IMG/VR virus record: IMGVR_UViG_3300031088_000789
Length of the DNA: 33,493 nt
Strand: one strand, 5' to 3'
Source of the DNA: an uncultured virus (IMG/VR IMGVR_UViG_3300031088_000789)
Lineage: Duplodnaviria > Heunggongvirae > Uroviricota > Caudoviricetes
In this document: positions 28,075-33,493 of the stretch, piece by piece
How the letters are laid out: each line of letters begins with the position of its first letter
How positions within the stretch are numbered: position 1 is the stretch's first letter
Position numbers and translations under genes: made by a program
Notes under the pieces: model-generated
What the model was told of the DNA's origin: nothing
The model's input: only the letters and a program-made list of their open reading frames with translations
The model's database searches: none

Positions 28075-28173
28075 GCTTTATGGGATTTTCTTTGTTCGCC
28101 TTCTCATTTTCACTTTATCTTTAACCTATTTTTAGGTATAATACACACCTTCTCTCAGCATAAGGTGATTCAC

Positions 28174-28488
28174 ATGACTGTTAAGATTTCTGTCCCTACT
28201 TTCGTCTCGGAACCCAATTGCCTTGCTGTCAATCATCTTCGTGGTCAAGCTCTCTATGAGCAGATGTCTGCTGGTGTCTTTGAAGATTTCTTGTCCGATG
28301 CTCATTTGACCAATGACGAGAAAGCCTTGATTATCCATAAAGGCGAACGAAAGGTGTTTATCATTCATGCTATCAATGCTATCGTGGATGAAAAAACACT
28401 CGCATCTCAAATTACTTTGGCATTCAAGGTGGATGATGAACTCTGGAAGCTTTTCCAAGAACGTTGCCCCGACCTTGCTGTTCTGTAA
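28174..28488 (+). CDS. hypothetical protein, paralogue of 29531-29818
   Basis: AAGGTG RBS; C-terminal FKVDDELWKLFQERCP vs YKVDKELWEAFIARFP. Confidence 0.8.
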   Translation: MTVKISVPTFVSEPNCLAVNHLRGQALYEQMSAGVFEDFLSDAHLTNDEKALIIHKGERKVFIIHAINAIVDEKTLASQITLAFKVDDELWKLFQERCPDLAVL

Positions 28489-28504
28489 CTTCTTTTTCTA
28501 TTTT

Positions 28505-28525
28505 GGGGGCTTCGGCCCCTTTTTT
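28505..28525 (+). terminator. intrinsic terminator
   Basis: GGGGC-TTCG-GCCCC plus T tract. Confidence 0.85.
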
Positions 28526-28530
28526 GTTGA

Positions 28531-28620
28531 AATCTGAAAGTCGTTAAAGCATGGTTAAATGCCAAACCCCCTGCAATTCTTGACAAATACACACTCCATT
28601 TCTTCGATGACGAAGATTAA
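28531..28620 (+). pseudogene. orphan 3' gene remnant
   Basis: Startless frame NLKVVKAWLNAKPPAILDKYTLHFFDDED* between two terminators. Confidence 0.4.
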
Positions 28621-28744
28621 TGTCACCTTCTGATAAAGAGCCGCTTAATTGAGGCTTTTTTGTATCTTTAAATTCTTGATTTACTATTCATTTAGTATTA
28701 TAATAATTTAGCTTAAATACATCCATCAACCATGCAGGCTCATC

Positions 28745-29038
28745 ATGATCACTATTGATTTCTGTGTAACTTTTACTCAATTACTCCAACGCCCTATTCG
28801 TCGTAAGATCGATCAGCAATTGGTTGATCTAGTTGAAAAGGGGATTCCTGTTGCTGTTGAGTCTATCTTTACTCAGTCTGATGTTCATAGTCTTTTTGGT
28901 GATATTCATGGAGTAAGGGTCAAAAATCTTGATATTGATGTGAAATCTCATTCTTCACCGATTTCTATATATTTCAAGGTCTATTCTTTTGTGATGGCGA
29001 ATCAAGACGCTTTCATCCACAGATTGAAACAATCTTAA
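28745..29038 (+). CDS. hypothetical protein
   Basis: TTGATT(28676)-17-TATAAT(28699); terminator 29067-29088. Confidence 0.7.
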   Translation: MITIDFCVTFTQLLQRPIRRKIDQQLVDLVEKGIPVAVESIFTQSDVHSLFGDIHGVRVKNLDIDVKSHSSPISIYFKVYSFVMANQDAFIHRLKQS

Positions 29039-29109
29039 CTCTTATTCTGGCGTGGGTTTTATTTTTAGCCTCTTGATTGAGGCTTTTTCTTTTTCTTATT
29101 AAAAAGGTG

Positions 29110-29156
29110 TTGACCAAAAAACTCGTTTTTGTTATACTTATCCCATCAAAACGAGA
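29110..29156 (+). promoter_or_regulatory. early-type promoter (duplicated at 30300)
   Basis: TTGACC-17-TATACT(29133)-TATCCCATCAAAACGAGA. Confidence 0.85.
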
Positions 29157-29175
29157 CAACACAGGAAATCTCGAA

Positions 29176-29451
29176 ATGACCAAGCTCAACATCACCGCTC
29201 TCGAACAAGCTGTTTTGGCTAACATCAAAAACTTCGGCGTTGGGCAAGTCATCCCTCAGAATATGCTGCAGGATGGTCCAGCCACCATCAAGCCAAACCA
29301 AGTGGGTGCTGTTGTTAACAACATGGTTGCCAAAGGTTTGATGGTTCGTAACAAAGACCTCTTCGGCACTACCGTTTCCCTGACCCGTTCGGGCAAAATC
29401 CGCACTACCAAACTGCTGCGTTCTGTGCAAAACGTTCAGCAAGCCGCCTAA
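29176..29451 (+). CDS. small winged-helix protein, paralogue of 30366
   Basis: KLNITALEQAV...KPNQVGAVVNNMVxKGL...SLTRSGK. Confidence 0.8.
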   Translation: MTKLNITALEQAVLANIKNFGVGQVIPQNMLQDGPATIKPNQVGAVVNNMVAKGLMVRNKDLFGTTVSLTRSGKIRTTKLLRSVQNVQQAA

Positions 29452-29530
29452 TTATAGGCTTTCATCTTGACTAGGATGCTGCTATAATGACTTCCTAGTC
29501 AAATACCTGCACTCAATTAAGGATTTTACG

Positions 29531-29818
29531 ATGACTACTCTTGTCACTGTTATGGATCAAGACAATCTGCTCTCCATCACTCGTATGCAGTTTCACAGTC
29601 TTCGTGAAAAGATGGAAAAGAACTATTTCCTCAACCTGACCAGAAACACTCGCCTGCATGGTGATCGTTCTGGCAACTTCTACAAAGATGGTCAACGTTA
29701 CATGTTGCTCAGCCACTATGATGCGGTTAAGCCAGAAGGTGGTCTGCGGGTAGGCTACAAGGTCGATAAAGAACTCTGGGAGGCATTCATTGCTCGCTTC
29801 CCGAAAGAGGCTGCTTAA
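29531..29818 (+). CDS. hypothetical protein, paralogue of 28174-28488
   Basis: AAGGA RBS; shared C-terminal KVDxELW motif. Confidence 0.8.
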   Translation: MTTLVTVMDQDNLLSITRMQFHSLREKMEKNYFLNLTRNTRLHGDRSGNFYKDGQRYMLLSHYDAVKPEGGLRVGYKVDKELWEAFIARFPKEAA

Positions 29819-29930
29819 TCGTTTCAGCTTTCTCTACATCCAAGGGGGCCTCCGCTCCCTTTTTTTATTTACATTTATTTTCTTTTACTGTATACTCTGT
29901 ATTCAATTTCTCACTTTTATGGAGTTTTTT

Positions 29931-30233
29931 ATGACCATCCGTAAATATACCAATCAACAGGATTTTCTTCAATTTGTTGCTAGTCAACATATACCACAAC
30001 GCCAAGATAGCACTACTCAACAACTTTCTGATGTTATATCTCTTTTTGAACATCTGAATTTGAATTTACCATTACTCAATACATTTGAACCCGTTAACAA
30101 CAAGGGAGTAATCCCTTATCTTTCCGTGTTTAAAAATCTAACAGTAGATTTTGAAGTTCCCAATGAAAAAGGCTTCATTTACGCCGTATCTTCACTTGTT
30201 GGATGTTACGACGCTGCAGATTTGTTTCGTTGA
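29931..30233 (+). CDS. hypothetical protein
   Basis: GGAG RBS before ATG 29931; terminator 30257-30277. Confidence 0.75.
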   Translation: MTIRKYTNQQDFLQFVASQHIPQRQDSTTQQLSDVISLFEHLNLNLPLLNTFEPVNNKGVIPYLSVFKNLTVDFEVPNEKGFIYAVSSLVGCYDAADLFR

Positions 30234-30299
30234 CTTAATTTCGGCTTGTTAATATTGGGGGCTTTGGCTCCCTTTTTGTCTTTCTATGAAATAAAAGGC

Positions 30300-30346
30300 T
30301 TGATCGAAAAACTCGTTTTTGTTATACTTGTCCCATCAAAACGAGA
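30300..30346 (+). promoter_or_regulatory. early-type promoter (duplicate of 29110)
   Basis: TTGATC-17-TATACT(30323)-TGTCCCATCAAAACGAGA. Confidence 0.85.
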
Positions 30347-30365
30347 TACCACAAGGATTTAAAGT

Positions 30366-30629
30366 ATGAAAAAGCTCAACATCACCGCTCTCGAACAAGC
30401 TGTTATGAGCAACATCAAATCCTTCGGTGTTGGCCAAGAAATTCCACAAAACATCATTGCCACTGCCGGTGGCATCAAGCCTAATCAAGTTGGTGCAGTT
30501 ATCAACAACATGGTTCAAAAAGGTCTGTTGGTTCGCAATAAGGATATGTTTGATACCAAAGTGAGCCTGACTCGCTCTGGTAAAATCCAAACTACCAAAA
30601 TGTTCAACAAGGTAGCACTTGCTGCCTAA
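30366..30629 (+). CDS. small winged-helix protein, paralogue of 29176
   Basis: High similarity to 29176 ORF; ends VALAA. Confidence 0.85.
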   Translation: MKKLNITALEQAVMSNIKSFGVGQEIPQNIIATAGGIKPNQVGAVINNMVQKGLLVRNKDMFDTKVSLTRSGKIQTTKMFNKVALAA

Positions 30630-30650
30630 TACACAAAACAACCAGACAAT

Positions 30651-30676
30651 AAGCCCAACCAAGTGTTGGGTTTTTT
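30651..30676 (+). terminator. intrinsic terminator, CCCARC-CWAGT-GTTGGG family
   Basis: GCCCAAC-CAAGT-GTTGGGT plus T tract. Confidence 0.8.
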
Positions 30677-30798
30677 ATTTCCCTTTTATTTAATCCATTT
30701 TGTTAAGTGTTTTTAAGTTTTTTTTGATTTATTTTCTTTCTGTTATTATTGATCATTTCCCCTATATAGGATATAATACACACTCTATGGAGGCTCCT

Positions 30799-31110
30799 AT
30801 GAATAATAATCCAAAAGAGGTCGAAGCCCTAAAATCTCTCTTTGAACGATATCTGATTAAAACTCAGGAAAGTAAAGACATCTTTCAGTTGTTTACGCTT
30901 CCTGAAAAATGCAGTTATGATAGCTTAATTCGGTTGTTGACAGAAGCTTATCATAATACAGATAACTACCCTACTGATAAAATGCACCGTTGGCTTGGTT
31001 TCTCACAAGGTGTTCTGGCTGTTATTGGCGTTATTGATGTAGATGAAGAACGTGACTTTACTCGCCCCTATCTACATTCCTATCACGATGAAAAACCAGC
31101 ATCGTTCTGA
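30799..31110 (+). CDS. conserved phage hypothetical protein
   Basis: GGAGG RBS; DKMHRWLGFxQGVL motif; TTGATC-17-TATAAT promoter. Confidence 0.8.
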   Translation: MNNNPKEVEALKSLFERYLIKTQESKDIFQLFTLPEKCSYDSLIRLLTEAYHNTDNYPTDKMHRWLGFSQGVLAVIGVIDVDEERDFTRPYLHSYHDEKPASF

Positions 31111-31301
31111 TGTATCCTTTTCCATCGTTTAATATCAAACCATCGAAGTTTTTTTAGATCCTCTTTATGAGGATTTTTTTTATTTTAAGATTTAGTATTA
31201 TAATATGAAGAATTAAATGTAATATTCTTTTTTCCTGCATAGACAAAACATTGATATTTATATCGCCTTTAATTCCCAGTTAAAGAGTTTTAATAATTAT
31301 G

Positions 31302-31859
31302 TTATCCATATCCACTATATAGATTACATATAACAGATGTCTACTATTTTCCTATATAGGGTAACACTTGATAAAGATGAACTAATAGTTAATTTATGAC
31401 ACAGACAGAAGATTCTCTTTGACAATTCAATGCAGACTTTTTATAATACACGTCCCATTCATAGGAAGTGACCTGCATGCAATCTATGAAAACCATCGTT
31501 GATAATTTTTATACCCGAACCTGTGAACAATATACGACTTACGAAACAGTAATTACTAAAAAATTCTCCCTTATGATGGATCGTCACTTTAACCCTTTCA
31601 CTGAACAAGATGCTTTCGCTTATGCTCGTGATAGGTATGGCTATATGACCTCATCTGAAATTGCTGCAATGGATGATGCAAATGCACGTAATGATGTTTG
31701 TGGTCATGGTCTTACTGTCTGGACTTGTCCTTGTGGATGTTTTGAATAACTATATAGTTCTTATTCTGGTAAGGGGGATTAAATTATATAGGATATTTCT
31801 AATGAGAGTGGATAACCTATATAGGAATTAGTTCATATAGCTTGTTCATCACTATATAG
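31302..31859. repeat. cluster of CTATATAG palindromes with DnaA-box-like sites
   Basis: CTATATAG at 31315, 31352, 31750, 31817, 31852 (variant 31784); outliers at 30762 and 32476. Confidence 0.6.
31477..31749 (+). CDS. small protein with C-terminal Cys/His cluster (putative Zn-binding)
   Basis: TTGACA/TATAAT promoter, AGGA RBS; CGHG...CPCGC. Confidence 0.75.
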   Translation: MQSMKTIVDNFYTRTCEQYTTYETVITKKFSLMMDRHFNPFTEQDAFAYARDRYGYMTSSEIAAMDDANARNDVCGHGLTVWTCPCGCFE

Positions 31860-31945
31860 AATCAAAAATGAGATTTTCCTTTACTCGCATCCTCTTTTTT
31901 GGTATTATTAGCTTATTCAAAAATCACTCCATAGGAATAGCCCTC

Positions 31946-32464
31946 ATGAACGAGACTCAAAAGGCAACCAATTCCGTCCAACAGCAAAAAATGCTTGCCC
32001 TTGCTATTCAAATTGCTGCTACCGCTCATGTAAACCAACTTGATCAAGGGAAGAACGCCTACATTCTTCATCCACTTCGGGTCATGAACAATCTGGTCGT
32101 TAAAGATCCCGAGCTTCAACAAATTGCTATTCTTCATGATGTAGTAGAAGATTGCCCTGAATGGAAAACTCAAAAACTTCGTGACATGGGTTTTTCTGAA
32201 AGGGTTCTTGATGCTTTAACCCTTATGACTAAAACCCAAGCTGATATTGATGCTGGTGAGGAAGGTTACTATAACTATGTTCGTCGTATGTTCAATAATC
32301 TTGATGCTATGCTGGTAAAGATTGCAGACCTTACTGATAATACCCAATTGTCTAGAATGAAAGGTCTTAGTGATAAGGATGTGATTCGCACGATGAAATA
32401 TATGCAGGCTTACGCTATGTTGCGTGATGAAGTCCGTAGATCGTTTCCGCATATCTCTTTTTAA
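31946..32464 (+). CDS. HD-domain hydrolase, small alarmone hydrolase (SpoT/Mesh1)-like
   Basis: AHxxQxD...YILHPLRV, AILHDVVED, VKIADLTDN. Confidence 0.85.
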   Translation: MNETQKATNSVQQQKMLALAIQIAATAHVNQLDQGKNAYILHPLRVMNNLVVKDPELQQIAILHDVVEDCPEWKTQKLRDMGFSERVLDALTLMTKTQADIDAGEEGYYNYVRRMFNNLDAMLVKIADLTDNTQLSRMKGLSDKDVIRTMKYMQAYAMLRDEVRRSFPHISF

Positions 32465-32481
32465 TCTACTAGAATCTATAT

Positions 32482-32502
32482 AGGGGGCTTGCATCCCCCT
32501 TT
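32482..32502 (+). terminator. intrinsic terminator
   Basis: AGGGGG...CCCCCT then T-rich. Confidence 0.65.
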
Positions 32503-32603
32503 ATTCTTTTCTGGTGGTTTGTTTTGCTGTTTTATTTTAATTTGTTTTAGTATTTTAATACTTTTCGATTGACTCATTTTCTTATTTTTGATATACTTGT
32601 TTC

Positions 32604-32646
32604 CATCAAAGAGAGCTACAACCCGCTAAATGCAAGGCTCTTGATG
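32604..32646 (+). ncRNA. putative small hairpin RNA
   Basis: TTGACT(32569)-17-TATACT(32592) promoter with no ORF; CATCAA/TTGATG + GAGC/GCTC stem, ~20-nt loop. Confidence 0.45.
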
Positions 32647-32725
32647 TAATAAGGCTTCAAGAAGTGGTTGACGAAAAACCTAAATTTTGATAGAATAGAC
32701 CCACACAAACTAAGAGGAACATCCC

Positions 32726-33493
32726 ATGAGCAATGTAAATCCAACCGTAGTTGATTTTGGTGTTAGTGGTTATGTCAACACCGAAGTCGAGCTGAAAACC
32801 AGCGACAATGGCACCAAATACGTTTCTGTTCTTCTTGGCCGTGGTCAAGACAATCATGGCAACAACCTGCCTTCCGATTCGGTTGTTCTGTATGGCAAAG
32901 ATGCAGAACTCTTCGCCCTGCAAGTAGCCAAAGGCGACCTGATCCGTTTCACCAAAGTTTCTCTGTCTCGCCAAGTGCCCGAAGGCAAGACCTATGCCCA
33001 AAGTGCAAAAATCGTTGGTAAGGATTTCGTTAAAATTGGTGCGAACCTCACCGATAGCGAAAAACGCACCGTTGTTGACTTTGGGGTAAGTGGCTATGTC
33101 AACACCGATGTAGAACTGAAAGAAAGCAACAACGGCAAAAAATATGTTTCCTTGCTGCTTGGTCGTGGTAAAGATGGTCGTGGTAACAACCTGCCTTCCG
33201 ACTCGGTTGTTCTGTATGGCAAAGATGCAGAACTGTTTGCTGCACAGGTTGAGAAAGGTGCTCTCGTTCGCTTCACCAAAGTAGCACTGGGCCGTAAAGT
33301 CCCCGAAGGTAAAACCTACGCAACTTCCGTCAACCTGATTGGCAAGGACTTCGAACTTATCGGCAGAAATGCCCAAGGCAATACCGGAGCTTCGCAAAGC
33401 CCTGCTCCACAACAACAACGTCAACCGGCTGTAAACCCACAACCGGCTCCGCAACCTGACTTTGATAGCTTCGATGATGATATTCCCTTCTAA
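32726..33493 (+). CDS. ssb: single-stranded DNA-binding protein with two tandem OB folds
   Basis: Q/P-rich linker and acidic FDDDIPF tail; SSB-like VVLYGKxAE...KGxLI; 108-aa internal duplication; TTGACG-17-TAGAAT promoter. Confidence 0.8.
   Translation: MSNVNPTVVDFGVSGYVNTEVELKTSDNGTKYVSVLLGRGQDNHGNNLPSDSVVLYGKDAELFALQVAKGDLIRFTKVSLSRQVPEGKTYAQSAKIVGKDFVKIGANLTDSEKRTVVDFGVSGYVNTDVELKESNNGKKYVSLLLGRGKDGRGNNLPSDSVVLYGKDAELFAAQVEKGALVRFTKVALGRKVPEGKTYATSVNLIGKDFELIGRNAQGNTGASQSPAPQQQRQPAVNPQPAPQPDFDSFDDDIPF
32744..33364 (+). repeat. intragenic tandem duplication, 324-nt period
   Basis: Units 32744-33040 and 33068-33364; 77/99 aa identical by manual alignment. Confidence 0.9.

Noticed and set aside
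20943..31205. TAGTATTATAATA as a dif/Xer site
   Set aside because: It lacks the 11-6-11 layout and the XerD arm TTATGTTAAAT.
31315..31859. CTATATAG array as a CRISPR array
   Set aside because: The repeat is only 8-12 bp, the array is interrupted, and no cas genes are visible.
1826..31868. Upstream-extended starts in the ORF track (1826, 4389, 15541, 18315, 29077, 29790, 30700, 31868 and others)
   Set aside because: The extensions run through promoters or terminators; downstream ATGs with RBS were chosen.
32611..32655. SAM-II-like riboswitch (AACCCG...UGCAAG)
   Set aside because: The conserved UGAUUU loop and downstream AAAUG/GCUAAA pairing are missing; resemblance is superficial.
329..33454. 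Numerous minus-strand and alternate-frame ORFs in the track (e.g. 6229-6795, 19572-20174, 24986-25684, 26720-27460, 32657-33454)
   Set aside because: They are shadows of well-supported + strand genes, with no RBS, promoter or recognisable motifs.

Overview
AT-rich window with about 60 mostly short genes, all on the + strand except one pair. Almost every gene is a self-contained cassette: sigma70-like promoter (TTGnnn-17-TATAAT/TATACT), RBS, ORF, intrinsic terminator (often with a cUUCGg loop). This layout and the gene content best fit the early/accessory region of a large (jumbo-type) phage, or a phage-like megaplasmid, probably of a Gammaproteobacterium. No virion, integrase or CRISPR features were seen. 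Recognisable products: RNA 2'-phosphotransferase (KptA/Tpt1), thymidine kinase, Rnl2-type RNA ligase, Pth2-like protein, HD/(p)ppGpp-hydrolase-like protein, a cupin, a PEP-utiliser swivel-His-domain protein, an HNH/Srd-like protein, three winged-helix paralogues and a tandem-OB-fold SSB. Several paralogous hypothetical families are also present. The most notable non-coding signals are: (1) two promoter-driven ~50-nt hairpin RNAs with three compensatory stem changes and a conserved 21-nt loop, plus a third RNA of similar architecture; (2) a ~150-nt pseudoknotted leader before the 23607 gene; (3) inverted repeats wrapping the -10 boxes of promoters, mostly where no terminator precedes them; (4) a phased CTATATAG palindrome array with DnaA-box-like sites; (5) a dispersed TAGTATTATAATA operator-like motif. 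Several early proteins also end in ssrA-like -LAA/-AA tails. All family calls are from motif recognition by eye; no searches were run.
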